DNA of 57,792 nt, the filler included, from Sphacelaria rigidula (Eukaryota): assembly GCA_964200075.2 (NCBI GenBank). It is 9 parts of 9 records of this genome, joined end to end, with 100 filler letters (N's around TTAATTAATTAA, not from the genome) between each part and the next. Parts side by side here need not be neighbours in the genome. Positions count along the whole stretch, not along the records: positions 6,434 to 12,766 come from CAXNAA020020722.1; positions 12,867 to 19,199 come from CAXNAA020020723.1; positions 19,300 to 25,632 come from CAXNAA020020724.1; 6 more parts are not named here. One strand, given 5' to 3'. Every line of letters begins with the position of its first letter. Positions within the stretch are counted from its first letter, which is position 1. Below, one piece after another: positions 9,516 to 23,300 of the stretch. Both the position numbers and the translations under genes were made by a program. The notes beneath the pieces were generated by a model. That model had not been told where the DNA came from, ran no database searches, and saw only the letters and a list, made by a program, of their open reading frames with translations.

Positions 9516-12301
9516 GTGAAGAACACTCAAGAATGTGTAGATTGGTATTAGAGGAACGGGTCACAGTCACAGCTGCAGCAGGGGAAGTCGCTGATGACCC
9601 GGTGTGCGTTGATACGATGAATACCCACGGTGCGTGGCGTTTTGTTTTTTCAACCCCCTGCTGTCTGATGACGGCAAGATAGAGTGGGTACAGTGATAGT
9701 TGATCACGCAGGCTGCGACGGATCCTGCCGGCCTCATCATCAATCTTCGCCCAGTTATGAACGAACGCCCCAAGAAACCCAGCAAAGAAGCATCGTTTAT
9801 GGCCCGCTATATAGGTGAGAGTTGGGAGCTGAACATTTCCGCTTCCAAATCTCGACAGTCGAAGATTGAGCTCCTCTCGCGCGACCAGTGGGTAGTGCTG
9901 CGGACCCTTGCCAGCGTACCTGGCACTTGGGGCGACATCCCGGTACAGACAGTCCCAAGACTACCGGGACGTCCGTGCACAGGCCGGAAGCCGGTATGGC
10001 CGTTGCACTGGTGTTCTTCTAGCGTTACCAACTCAGAGTACGGCCGCATAGGCTTTGTACGCAAATATTTCGGTGATTGCCTCACTTCCACTTCGGTCAT
10101 GCGCTGTGGATTATTTTATTATTTCACGATCTCACCGCCTGACATGTATGTATGGAAGTGTATTACACCCTACACAAGAGCTCTCTACTGTCAGTATACA
10201 ATTTGAAACATGTACTGTGCACAGTATAGAAGCTATTGCCTTCTGCGGCGTGCACAATACTCGTACAAAAGTGGGAACTGCGCGCAGTATGACTTCAAGA
10301 CAGTCTAGAAATCTCCACGCGGTATAAATTGTTACAGCCGGCTTGCGCGCCATAGCGGCTGTCTTACCATCCGCTCAAGATACAGGCAGGGATTCTAGCG
10401 GCAGAAGCGGCCTGTTACTCTTGCGTGCGCCACCTAGGGCAAGTGCACACTTAGCTGCAACACCGACCGCTGTACTAGATGTGGCAGAGCTAGGGGTGGT
10501 ACACCACGTACACACAGCGAGCTATATCATATATATACTGTATACAAGTGTGATTTGAAATCCGTGCGCGCAGGGTCGGGCCGGCATATAGAGAACCCTG
10601 CACGAGTTCGCCGTGTACTACCGGGACGCGACCTTATTTCAGTGGCAATCACTTGCAATGTGTGCTGTGACGGGTCTCATGTAGGGTTGTATATCAACTA
10701 TTAAATCACGGTTGATTTTGATTTTAAAGTTGGTTTGATTTATATCAACAATCACATCAACGCGTCACTGATTAGTTGATTATATATATGAAATCAACTA
10801 ATCAATTCGGATCAATCAAGTCAAAATACCTTGATTAACCATGACTACTAGTTGAATTTTTTCCAGGAAGAAAAGAGGCGTTTGCGTCGTGTAATTTTTT
10901 TTTGTCTGCGGCGCAACCATTAATGGACGGTTATGTCTACTCATCAACTCTACTCCCGAAAAGACGCCAGCAACGACAAACACATAGCAGCACACAGCAG
11001 CACACAGCACACAACATACTACACGCCACGTAGCACCGCACTCTAGCAGCATACTGAGGGTCACACTGAACTTGACACAATGATAGGCGCGGGCAAGGGC
11101 AAATCACGTGCTGCAGGCGATATGGACACCCCGGAGAGCCCTCTCCAGCGCCAGGGCAACCCCAATTTGGGGCTAAAAACGTCCTCTTCGTAGCCCCGAT
11201 ATCGAGGCATAAAGGTGCTTTCGCACATACGCTTTGGGGGCACGAACATGTTTAAGGAGGTCGGGGGGCATGAGGTCGTCCATATTAAATTCATTCATCA
11301 TCACTTTAGGTCAGGGAAAGCACTGTTTTCGAGTTGAACCTCACCCGAATATTAAACCTCAAAAACGGATCCAGGCTGTCATGATTAAAGCCACTCCCAA
11401 TCAGCGCTCCACTCCCAATCTCACGAAAACGTCGTTTTATTTACCTGTGGTATACTGTGGTGGGGGAGCGTGTCTTCAAGTATACTGCTTTCAGGGAGCG
11501 GGGGGGGGAAAGGAAACTTCGCGTGCATGACGTGTTTTGTAGTGACACTCGCATCGCATCAATATTTTTTCACGTCAGTCACATCCATAACCCGACATAA
11601 TATATACGGAGTCATGTATAATGTGAGCTACTAACATTCAACAAGGAGCTTCATCTACACGCGAGTGCAATGTAGGTACTACTGTACTTTCGTTTTTTTG
11701 TTTCTTTGTTTGCCAGACAGGTTCGAGGCGTACAAGTTTCATATTTGGGAGTGCTTCGAAGTAAAATACAGCGGTAGTACAGAAATACGGAGTGCTTGAG
11801 TACCGATGCAGCAGGTTGAGCTAAAATATTGAGCACAAGACTGCCGTGCTGATGCTGTGGGCTTGCGTACGCGTGCTCGTGTGCTCTACATCGTTACACG
11901 ACAAACTTCAGCCGATTTTTGGCTTGTGTGCTGCTTAAATTCTACCTGGAAAAATCAACTAATCAAGTTATTAGTTGATTTAATTGACGTGATGTTGATT
12001 AGTTGATTAAATCAACTAATAACTTGGTTAAATCAAGCCCATTTGGAAGAAAAAATCAAGTATCAAATCAACCCCTAGAAATAATTGATATACAACCCTC
12101 GTTTCGTGCGTGATGGTGTTTTTTCCACCTCCGCACACCGCCCGTGAAGCGAGCTCTTCATGCTCGAAGTGTCCACCGCTCTCCCCGCCACTCTTGGTCT
12201 GAGACATTGGAAACTGCGAGATGTGACAGTACAAGTATCTACAGGAAGGTACATTATCTCCCACACATTTTCCCCAATAATATGAAAAAGGAATAACACT
12301 G
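9516..12301. mobile_element. Diverged copy of the CAGTGTT-TIR element (cf. 48616-50029), interrupted by a hAT-like element
   Basis: 9516-10680 and 12109-12301 align with the reverse complement of 48616-50029. Ends in the TIR aaaaggaataacactg; the other TIR was not found. Confidence 0.75.
10682..12100. mobile_element. Non-autonomous hAT-like element
   Basis: TIR (T/G)AGGGTTGTATATCAA, degenerate 8-bp TSD gtctcatg/gtttcgtg, dense AATCAAC/GTTGATT subterminal repeats at both ends. Confidence 0.8.
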
Positions 12302-12866
12302 GTAATATATGTTTTCGACTTGCGTCAATCCCGGGAGGCCATCATCAACCTCCCGAAGGGGAACTTTGTAGCATATACAGCATATATAAATAAATGAAGG
12401 AGCGGGAGCAAATATACACACACAAAGTCCACTAGACGTTTCGGACTTTGTCAATGCTCATTGATCAATTTCTTGCAATAACGTTTACATAAAGATATCC
12501 AAAAAATCAGTATACTTTTCAAACCAATACCCTCTGGCATCTGAGGTCATCGGGTCAGGGCGTGCAAGGAGCAGAAGCAGATCCACGAATCCCGCAAAGC
12601 CCACCAGACTTTTCGGTTCTTGTCAGCGTTTATTGATCAATATATTGTGACTGTCAGGGAAATGTTATGTACGAATGCAAGCAATCAGACACAGATTAAC
12701 AGCCAGGATTCGTTATTGAGGTTCAACATTTTAATGAGTTTCAACTCGAAAACAATGCTTTCCTTGNNNNNNNNNNNNNNNNNNNNNNNNNNNNNNNNNN
12801 NNNNNNNNNNTTAATTAATTAANNNNNNNNNNNNNNNNNNNNNNNNNNNNNNNNNNNNNNNNNNNN

Positions 12867-12943
12867 GACATCGGGGATTGAACCCCCGTTTTCTCCACCC
12901 TAATGGCGACAGTCGGACCATTCCACCACCGGGGCGCGGCGGC
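12867..12943 (-). mobile_element. tRNA-derived head, probable second SINE family, cut by contig end
   Basis: Minus strand gccgccgcgccccggtggtggaatgg...ggggttcaatccccga has A and B boxes and a 5' leader resembling SINE family 1. Confidence 0.6.
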
Positions 12944-13820
12944 TACGGTACTGTATCTATGATACGGAAGTAAGGCATTTTGTGCTCCACATTTTGATCG
13001 TTACATGCGGTGGGGATTACGACCATAGTTGTCGTGTGTAGGATGCATGCACGCACAGTCCGGGTGGTACGCCATCATCAGGCTCGTGCCCAATCAACTC
13101 GCTTTCTAGTCGTTGCCTTGGCTGGGTGCGCAATACCTATCTTCTACAATATCTTGATCGGCGGCCACCTGTGTCCTTTGTTCGACTACACTAGTCGTAT
13201 CCATCGAACTGATCCACCGAATCACGTATCATCGAACAGGAAGGTAGTGCTGCGCCACCGGTACTTGCAATGCCTCAAACGCACGGCGTTCTGGACAGGC
13301 CCCCGTGCTTTCTGTACATGTATATCACATACGATGGGCGAGGTTTTTCCACGTACCCACGAACGGTGGAAGAGCACGCTCGAACAGGAGTGATGATAGT
13401 CCAGCTGGATAGGATTGCGAGGAAATGCATTAGGAGGAAAATAATCACGTCCCGGTATTTTTTAGCACTTTCGGGGTACTGTAATCGCAGATGCAGCTCT
13501 TGTTCAGGGACAGCTCTCGGAAGTTGCGCTGGCCATGGTCATCTGATTGATGGGGACTGCGCAATACCTGCATGTGGTGATAAAAAGAATCTTTACAGGC
13601 GTACATGAAAATATGTAATTTGCCCTCCGTCAATACCTCATGCTCGGTGAATACCTGCGACTTACGAGCAAAGCATTCTACAGTGGCGAGCGACAACGAG
13701 CAGTGTGTTCGGGTGAACACGGTAATCAGTGGTGGTGCTACGGTATTTGGAGGAGTGGTTCTCGAGGATTGCTATTAGTTCCATCGGACGGGTGTGAACG
13801 TAAGATATGTGCGAACAGTT

Positions 13821-14642
13821 ACGAATTTAGGATGCAACTCATGTGGTTGATTCCTCTGTGTACCGTGCACGAGTGTTATCCGAGATTTGGATATTTAGTT
13901 TTGATCGTCCCGCAGAGCATCAAGCGGTGCTCGGCAAGTCACAAGCGGCGGATCTACGGGTCATGGGCTACAACGAGATTTCATAATATTCTTTGTTTTG
14001 GGCATATGCCAGGCATGTTTTGATTCCATTTCTGGTTCTAGGTGTGGTACATGACGGTTGCGTAACATGAGTCTGTCTGAGATGAGGTTGAGGCTAGCAC
14101 CCTCACTCACTCTGGTTTTGGACCTAAGCAACAACCATTGGGCAACACGCTCTTGTTCCTATGGGCCAATCGAGACCTTACTGATGAGCCTCTGCATGTG
14201 GGTAAAGGCTTACTCGTTTGTATTGTACACGTCACGGATTTAGGATGCAACTCATGGTTGATGTCGTCGGTGTGTGCCGTGCATGGGTGTCATTCGAGAC
14301 TTGGATATTCAGTTTTCATCTTCCCGCATAGTATCAACCGGTGCTCGGCGGGTCGTAAGAGGCGAATGTATCGGTCATGAGCTACAACGGGCTTTTCATA
14401 GTGTTCTTTGGTTCGGCCATATACCAGGCATGTTCTGGTTCAATTTCTGGTTCTAGGTGTGGTAAATGACGGTTGTGTAACATGAGTCTCTCTGAGATGG
14501 GATTGAGGCTAGCACCCTCACTCACTCTGGTCTTAAATTTAGGCAACGGCCATTGGACAACACTCTCTTGCTCCTATTGGCCAACCGAGTGCCTACTGGT
14601 GAGCCTCTGCATGTGGACAAGGACTTAGTCGTTTGTATTGTA
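13821..14642. repeat. Tandem duplication, unit ~413 bp
   Basis: 13821-14233 and 14234-14642 are collinear, diverged copies. Confidence 0.9.
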
Positions 14643-16043
14643 GAATAAGATAGTGGGTTTCTCCCACCATCTGAGATCAACTTGGGGCCAGTTTTGAAGG
14701 ATGCGGAGCATGGCTCAAGCCGCTGCTTTCGTGTGTGACCAGGACTTGAATTTCGAGGTACTTGCAAGCCTCATTTGAGGGCAAGACCCCGAATACTATC
14801 GCAGAAGGATCCGTGATACAAAAGACTGATGCTGAGATGATAACCCCTCCACAGAAAAAATGGCTGTTTTGAGGCGGAAAAATTCTACATGAAAATCAAA
14901 ATGATAAAGCCGAGCACACTGAGCAGCTGGAAATTCCCACGCCTGGGATTATTTTTGCCAGTGCTGCCCATATGAGGTGCTTCATTCAGTATGAACCAGC
15001 TATGATTTTCTCTATGACCATGTTCTTCGAGTCAGTTTTGGGGGCTGGTTTGGGGAGGGCGCGTGCGCGCCAGGGGGGGGGTTGTCGCAGCAGGAGTTAG
15101 CAGAGGCACATTTGTGTTATGTGTTTTGACGATTGCACGAGGCGGGATTCACTGCCGTACTTGGCGTGTCAGAGACATACATCAATGTGCCGTTTCCACA
15201 TCGGGCGAGTGGCCATGCCCCCTTGAGTTCCGCCCTCTTTGCTGACTGTCAACACCAAAACCTTGCATCTAACTCTGATGACTATCAGCCATGTCCTCTG
15301 GTCAACCAGAAACGTCGTGAGTCCACTGAACTGATCTCCGGTATCACGAAATGCGCAACCCTTGAGCCCATCAGGCCATCAAGACATGGTGGCTTTTCTG
15401 CGATGACAGAAAGAAACGACGCGGACAGATCCTCGTCTACAGAAGGTGCCGGGAACACGTGGAGGTGAAGGGAAGCGTGGCGAACAAGAAAGTCGCCATG
15501 AACAGCATGGCTGAAAAGTTCGCTGAGTTGAAAGTCGCCATGTGCCAGCTAATGCAGCAAGGGATAGCGTCTGCAGGTTCAAGCGTTTCAGCGGGCGGGG
15601 TAGGGGAGGCACACAGTCGGTCGCACACCACTGCAGATACGGCAACAGTGAGTGTCCCAGCGCCAAACGAATGGGAGATTAGGTTTGCCTCTCGGTGTGG
15701 AGTGAGGGCGGTACACGAAGAATCCGCGGCATCTGTGGGGGATTTTCCGCGCGAAAACACCGCCACCATTCATCGGCAACATACTCGTGCAGGGAGGGGG
15801 TCTGGTTTGCGTCACGTGAGGAGATGAGGTGCAGAAGACACATCGGGCGGTACTTGCCCAAAACGTGAGATGCATGCTAGTGATGGATAGGGTGATAGGT
15901 GGGGTACACAGATGTGGTCGAGGGTTTTCTAGTCCCAATAAAGCTTTGCACGTCCACAGGAGATCATGAAAAATAGAGAGGGTATTTTTCATAGGAACGA
16001 AAATGTTTGAGGTGGGGGCGAAATCAGGCTGAAAAGTACCTCT

Positions 16044-16078
<35 letters not shown>

Positions 16079-16849
16079 CCCCCCATTTTTCTCTTTTTGA
16101 GACCAAAACAAAAACACGTCGTGTGGACTGCGGAAGCGTCGTCACTTTCAGAACGGGTCCGAACTCGATTAGGCGCATATGGCCTGGCGATCAATGTCAT
16201 GTAGGTAACTTGAAGATGTGTGTATTTGTTACATTGAGAGCTTGCGAACAGAAGAGGGAGAATGATTTTGTACCAACGGCGATTGGGATTAGCAGTGATG
16301 ACAAGACAAGGGAGAGAAAAGCGGCGACTTTGTGTCCTTTTGTATCCCACACTATAGACCTCTGTGTGCTGACATCAGTCAGCATTGGGGAGTGGGGAAT
16401 AGGGTCGGGGAGGGGGGCGGGGGGTCAGCACAACATGCCATGAACTAACTACCAGAACAATCCTGAGCGTCTGCAGGTATTATCATTTATTATTATTGCC
16501 GCACATTAGTCCGATATGACGAACCCGTGGTCACAGACGTAGACTCATCTTTTCAATACCGCCCTTGCTATTCCCTACAACAAATAGGAATCCCCATAAT
16601 TTTCGACTCCAGGCTAAACACAAAAACAGAAACGATCAATCAAAATATTACCAAAATTAAAATGAGAAGAGAGGCACCAAGAAAACAGGTGAGAAGTAGG
16701 CTCCCCGAATTCAACGGGATGAAGGGAAACAAGAAAAGAAAACGCCAGGTCTGCTAAAAATCATACCGGAAGAAACGAAAAAACCCCGAAAAGACAAGAA
16801 ACGACGGATGCCAATTGGAGTTCAGGATGGCCACCAAACGGGGGTCATC

Positions 16850-17145
16850 TCAAACAACCCTAGGCATCCTCATAGTAAACAAGCATAGCTGTCCGGAAAT
16901 ATGGCAGATGTACTAGCGAGTGTACTACCCGATGGACTACCGGTCACTGTCCGGAGGTCCTCGGTAGGCACTGGGGGAAGTCTAGTGGTAGCACAGCGAA
17001 ACATTTTTCAGCATGGCATGCTTTGGTTCAGGCTGCCATGTACATATTAACCCCCTCCTCTACGATTCAGGACTATTCGCACACATCTTGGGCAACCTGC
17101 GTCCACGATGTCACGTTTATCCCGAAATACGAACCGTATTCCTTG
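16850..17145 (-). mobile_element. RTE LINE 3' end fragment
   Basis: Reverse complement aligns with 33270-33555 (QVAQ...W...VEE...MYMAAWTKA plus 3' UTR). Confidence 0.85.
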
Positions 17146-17149
17146 ATTC

Positions 17150-19199
17150 AGTGTTGTAGGAGTCTATCGCCAACACAATGGGTCCAGATGCCACCACTCC
17201 CGAACACGTGAGTGCCAGGATCCTGAAAGGTACGAGTAGCTTTCCGGCATAGAGTTGCCACAACCTTCATTGCAGGGTATGCTCCTACTGAGACAGCACA
17301 AGGTTCAGATAAGACCACGTTCTGGAAAACTCTCTGTAGTTCCATCGCTGAAGTGTCCACCAACGAGCACCTAGTACTACTGATGGATGCCAATACTCGT
17401 ACTGAAAAGAGAGAAGTAGGAGGCATGGATGACCCACTGGTATTGGGAGAGTATAGCAGAGACACCCCGGAACGATAATGGTAGACGCCTCCTGAAATGC
17501 TCCGCGGAAAATAAAATGGCCATCAGCAACACATCTTTTCGCACACCAATTCGCGGGGAAAGCTCGACCGCGTACACATATGTGGGGCCGAAGGTCGAAC
17601 ACCGCTGGCACCTGGACTACATCCTCGTACGTCAGCAAGACCGCAGACTCGTCCGAAATGTCACGGTGCACCCCGATATGAAATCGCACCATCGTCTGGT
17701 CTCTGCCGCCATCCGTCTTGGACGGAACGCCCCCAACCGCCAACCGCAACCGAGAGGCGGGGATAGGAGAGTGCGTTTCAACCACCAAGCCCTCGCATCC
17801 GACCGAAGCTGGAGAGCTACTGTTGCACAGGCCATTGTCGTTAAGCTCCTGTATGCCACTGATTCCCTCGCAATAATGAACGTCAACCACATGGCATCTA
17901 CCTTCGCCAACGCCCTGCGACAGACGGCCGCGGATACACTCCCTCGATGCCCCAAAAAAACCCCATCTAGAGGTTTCAGTGAGGCATCTGAAGCTCAGGA
18001 CCGCCTCCAAAAGGCATGGGATCTCTGGGAAAGTGTATGAAAAACAGCGAGAAAACCCAAAGACACTGTCCTGAAGAAGGCGCTGAAGGTGACGGACAAG
18101 GCGTTTAAGCGGGTGAAGTATGCTGAGCTGCAGAACTTCACATTCCGGACCGCGGACTTTGTTCGCAAGAAGGATCAAGCAGGACTGTTCCAGCAAATAC
18201 AGTCCTTGGAACTGGAAGGGAAAAAGCAGAGCATCTCAACCTACGTCCGGAGCGCGACGGGCGAGCTATTGCGAGACAAGCAAGCTATTCTGCAACGATG
18301 GAAGGAATGGTTTGACACACTGCTGAACGCAACCTCACCTACAATCCATCACTCTGTCATCGATCTCATCGAACAGCTGCCGGAGCACACACCGCTCGTG
18401 GCGGAGCCCTGGATGGCAGAGGTGAAGCAAGCGGTGGGCCAACTGGCGAACGGTAAGGCCGTTGGAACGGACGGCATCTGTGGTGAACTGTCAAAGCTCG
18501 GCCGCACCGAAGACTCTGTCATCCTGAAGTGAATCCACGACATCGTGCTCACCGTGTGGCGTCAGGAAGTTGTACCGCAAGAGTGGAAATACACTATCAT
18601 CAACGTGCTCTACAAAAAACAGGACCCGCACGAATACGGCAACTACCGCGGTACTTCTCTCGGGTCTCACGCGGGCAAGGTGGGGCTCAAGATAATTGCC
18701 ACTAGCCTCAGTGCCTACTGCGAGTGGAAGGGAATCCTCCCAGAAGCGCAATGCGGTTTCCGACCTGGCCGTTGCACAGTCGACATGATGTTCGTTGTAC
18801 GCAGACTCCAAGAACTGACCCGAGAGAAGAATCTTCCTCTATATATGTGCTTCATCGACCTCCCAAAAGCGTACGACTTAGTGGGTCGCTCTCTTCTCTG
18901 GAAAGTTCTAGCACGCTACGGTGCACCCGCCAAGGTAATTTCCATCACCCGCCAATTCCATGGCGGCATGCGGGCATCCGTACGCCTGGACAGCGCCGAG
19001 ACATCTGAGTGGTTCAACGTAAACCAGGGCCTCCGCCAATGTTGTGTACTTTCCCCTCATCCGTCCAACATCTTCTTCGCGGCGGTGATGACGGTATCGT
19101 TCGACCGCTTCTCGAGCAATAAAGCGGTGGTGCAGGATCTCATCCGAATCGCTCGAAGGGGCGGGAAAACCAAGGACGAACTCAGCAAAGTACTCTGGG
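17150..19199 (+). pseudogene. RTE-clade non-LTR retrotransposon ORF (APE endonuclease + reverse transcriptase), degenerate and truncated by contig end
   Basis: EN motifs GYAPT, LMDAN, NDNGRRLL, LDYILV, SHHRLV; RT motifs GKAVGTDG, NYRG, QCGFRPGR, FIDLPKAYD, GLRQCCVLSP. Stops at 18038 and 18530 plus frameshifts. Confidence 0.93.
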
Positions 19200-19299
19200 N
19201 NNNNNNNNNNNNNNNNNNNNNNNNNNNNNNNNNNNNNNNNNNNTTAATTAATTAANNNNNNNNNNNNNNNNNNNNNNNNNNNNNNNNNNNNNNNNNNNN

Positions 19300-19974
19300 G
19301 AGAGATCAAACACTTGTGAAGACCTTTTTGACATGCAGATTGAAAAGAAATACCTACGGTGGTGACCTAACTGTCGCTAGCATCGTGCAGAGGGAGGGGT
19401 GCGTCAGCTGCGATCTGGAGCTTTCGTTGATCTACTCTACTGACTGCCTGCCGTCTGCCTGCCGTCTGCGTAGAGGTCACACTGGGTATTGTAACATGTT
19501 ATTATGTACCCGAATTCGGAACCCCTTTTGGGAACGAAAGAGTTTGTTTTTTCAAAGTACGTCGACATGGTTGAAATGACTCTTCTTACCCGAGGGAAAG
19601 TGTCCGCTTCGGGTCCGTTCAAACGTTCGAAGATAGTGTCGAACAGCACTATGAATCTGTCCTGGCATTGGCATCTGCCAATTAGTACAGTACCATCACA
19701 AATCGACAATTTAACGTTCCTCACAGAAACCAACGGGCATCGAACTGTTTGTAGGTGGAAAAACGGGCATTTTCATCGACGAGAAACTCTGTGTTCCCCC
19801 GTGGGCGTCATATGCGGCCCCAAAAACTATGCTGTCCTTCTTTCATACCTGGCGGGCGGACGGGGAAGCCGCAATCCCTCCCTCTGCACGATGCTAGCGA
19901 CAGTTAGGTCACCACCGTAGGTATTTCTTTTCAATCTGCATGTCAAAAAGGTCTTCACAAGTGTTTGATCTCTC
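19300..19974. repeat. Perfect 99-bp inverted repeat (19300-19398 / 19876-19974) at contig start
   Basis: Base-by-base identity of the two arms, 477-bp spacer. Confidence 0.92.
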
Positions 19975-20310
19975 GTGCACTCCCCCCAACTCGCGTGTGG
20001 TCAAGCGCCCGGTTGGGGGGAGGTGGGGGAAAATCGACGATGAATAACACCCCCTAACTTCGTATTGGATCTATCTGATTTTGCCGCAGCACCGTCCTTG
20101 CGGGCATGTGTATGGCAGAGAACAGTAGTAGCGGTGACGGGAATATTGCCCTCTTTGTCAACGGCATGTTTTTCAACGCACAGAGGCGCGTGCTGTCCAA
20201 AAAGAGAGGCAGAGAGAAATTGATCTTCGCATCGGTGAGGTGCTCAGGCAAGACGAAGAGACGAAATCTCTCCGCAGCTCGTTCTTCAGGCACTACATCG
20301 AAAACTGGGT
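19892..20310 (+). repeat. Interspersed repeat shared with ~31643-32064
   Basis: Collinear from (gc)tagcracagttaggtcaccaccgtagg through gagaacagtagtagcggtgacgggaatattg to tctctccgcagct. Confidence 0.85.
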
Positions 20311-23300
20311 ACATGCTGGTAACATCGATTATGCCAGTCTCTCGAGCGGTTGGTAATCGCCGAGCGAGGACACACAAAGGACACGGGCGAGGAGCTTCCT
20401 CTCTGTCGTTGCTCCTCTCCCTGGTGATATCGTCATCGACACGCGTGTACACCGCATTCGTTGGGTGCACCTAGCCCGAACTGCCCAACTCCTCCTGCGG
20501 AGTTTTGGGGGGGGGGAACTTTCCTTCTGTGTTATAGATTGCTCTGCTTCGCGTCGCACTTCCAATTTTCCTATATCCTTTCTTACATTTGAACGGAATG
20601 GAAAAAGGACAGAAGAAACAGACGCCCTCAATGAAGAAAAGCAAGAATGGCATACAAGCAGAAGAAGGGACGGGAAGAAAGTAAGGGCATAGATGGACGA
20701 TGACAATTCTTTCGCGCATCGCACCACGCAAGTTCCAGACATTATCGTTCTAGCCCGAGTGACGTCCTCCCACGTGCGCAAGGGCGCGACAGTAAAGATG
20801 ATATACTACTGTACTGTATTGGCGAAGCACAGCTACCTACTGTGCTCGCGAGTACAGCCCGCCGTGCTTGTAACCTATACAAGACAAAATAACGATCCAC
20901 CTTCACCTTTTATGGTGACCGGTCCTGCGTCGTATTTTTATTTCGAGAGCCCACGTTATTAAGTCTGCGGCACGTCACGGATGTTCGCAAACAAAGTGAA
21001 GCCTTCACGTAGGCAGGGGTGATACCCTCTGCATCTGCACCCACCACTGCCATGTACGTGCATCTGCATGTGGCCTGGAACCCTACAGTGAAGACAGTGT
21101 AGCACGGTACTGTATTGGCAAAGCACAGCGACCTACTGTGCTTGCGAGTATAGCCCGTGCTTGTAACCTGGCGCTGCTGTATTGTTTGTTCTTGCAGAGT
21201 ACAGCCTGTGCTTGTCATGTGGCACTACTGTTTTGTCTGTGCTTGCTTTCATCCAAAAACCAACTCGAAAACTGCCTGTGAGCACGCCACGATTGACACA
21301 AAAACGCGGTGGGAGGGGTAAGTGTGTACAAACAGAATCGGTCAGCACATCTTCGACGTTCTTACCGTTTCCCTCGAACAGTACGGTATACTGCACCGCC
21401 AGGTTACTGCTTGCACCCGTCAGCATGACGGCTGCTGCCGTTGGCATCGGCGCCAGCGCTCGCGGCCACGGCAAGATTAGTTTTGCAACAAGAGAAGCTG
21501 ATGCATACGGTTGTATACAGTCCGTCTTCAGGTTCTTAAACTAAAAAACATCGCAGAACTGACGTGTTGTCTGGTGTTCAGTGTAGTAGTCTGCCCTTCA
21601 TACACCACTGCAGAGTTGTCTTGTGCTGAGTATACCACCCTGTACTTCAGATATTGGGGTCATCTTTTGAGCGGTTCTTGAAAAGTTCTGTTTGTTTTTT
21701 TAAAAGTCCTCGAAAAGTTCTGCTCATTTTCTTGTCACAGAAATCCAATACCGGATCTGGTATAGCCTGAGACAACAACCAATTTCAAAATTGGAACTGT
21801 TTGGTGTTTTCCAAACAAAAACGATTTGCGGGCTGAGCCTCATTTTGTAGTTCAACCCCAAAAATTAGGATCCGCTGTTGAATGTAAGTTGTGGACGTTT
21901 TTTTCAACTTTTGCCGAAGGTTGCCGCCGCCGGGGATGGTTTTGGTTGAAAATCATCTCCAACCACAACCATCAAATACCACGGAGCCCACCCACAGCAG
22001 AATGCAGATGTTTCCGACAAATAGGAATGTAGCACGTGTTTGGGGGATAACGTTACTTGATTACTTTCACACGAATTGAGAGGGGAAAGACAAAAGGAAG
22101 AAAATTCAAACTCGCAAACAAAACAAATCGGCCCTCAGGGGGGGTGGGGGAGCGTGTGCGTTTTTTTTTATTCGCCTACCGTTGGTCGAGAAACTGTTTA
22201 TTTCTTGTAGCCGGCTTTGGACATAACGAAGGTTCAAGGGTCTGTCGAAATAACTTTTTCCGACATGGAGCCCTCCCCCACCCCCCCCCTCCCGGAGGAG
22301 AATTTTTCAAAAATTGACATGGATTTTTTCTTTCATATACTGTTGAAAGACATTGATCAACACTGATGAAAACCGAAAAGTCTGGCGGGCTTTGCGAGGT
22401 TTCCATATTTGCTTCTGCTCCTTGCCCGCCCTGTCCCCATGACCTCGGATGCCGGCAACGCTCACACACATCCATTTACAGCACACGAGCGCACGGTAGC
22501 GACAGCCTGTAGCCAAAGTAGCAACATTATCTCACGCTTCGCCGAATTTGCCTCGACTAGTGGTAGGTAATCGAGGCACACGACACGGAACATGATCCCA
22601 TGAATGTAATCATTGTAGATGATGAGCTTTGAGGGGCGGTGTGTCCGTCATCTCAGCGGTGTCCACGCCAAGGGTCTCTGTACATGGCAGCTGACTGCAT
22701 CCGCCAGTGCCTCGACAATAAACTAGGGAACAGCAGGCTGGATTTCCCCCCTCCCCCCCGCCCTCAAAAAGTCGAATTTTCGATCTTGGGGCCTAGGTGT
22801 CCCGAAATATGTTTTTGACAGACCCCTGTAAAGTACCATATTATTGTCACTACTATACTGCACTGTGAACATCACTCACGTGGACATACTATCACCACTA
22901 TTGCTACTACTACTGCTACTGCTGCTACTTCATATACATGGGTGGCGACACTGGAGAACAACACGGGTACAAATCAGTCTTTGTGGATTTCCAACCATGC
23001 TCCTCACAGCCAACGATTTACTACAAAAAACAGATTGATGGAGAGAATACGTATATCGTGAGCAAATAAAACATTCCCAATCCCTCAAAGTACGCCACTC
23101 AACTGAAATATGCAAACATCCTTTTTTGCTTCGTACACGCCTTACATTTCGGTCTCGCGGACTGGATTGGATCATGACAATCACTTCTCACTACCGCACC
23201 GTGTCGACTCTTGTCAGAACGAAACTCAGTCAAGACAAAAGTTTCCTTGTTTGCGTATTGTCACATCCTCAATCTTTCAACGAGGGAAAAAGTAGATTCT

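Noticed and set aside
15459..15827. gag/ORF1-like ORF
   Set aside because: Short coiled-coil-like stretch only; no zinc knuckle, PBS, LTR or downstream pol seen.
17285..18196. 303-aa minus-strand ORF, and 278-aa plus-strand ORF at 45248-46084
   Set aside because: Antisense shadows of LINE coding sequence.
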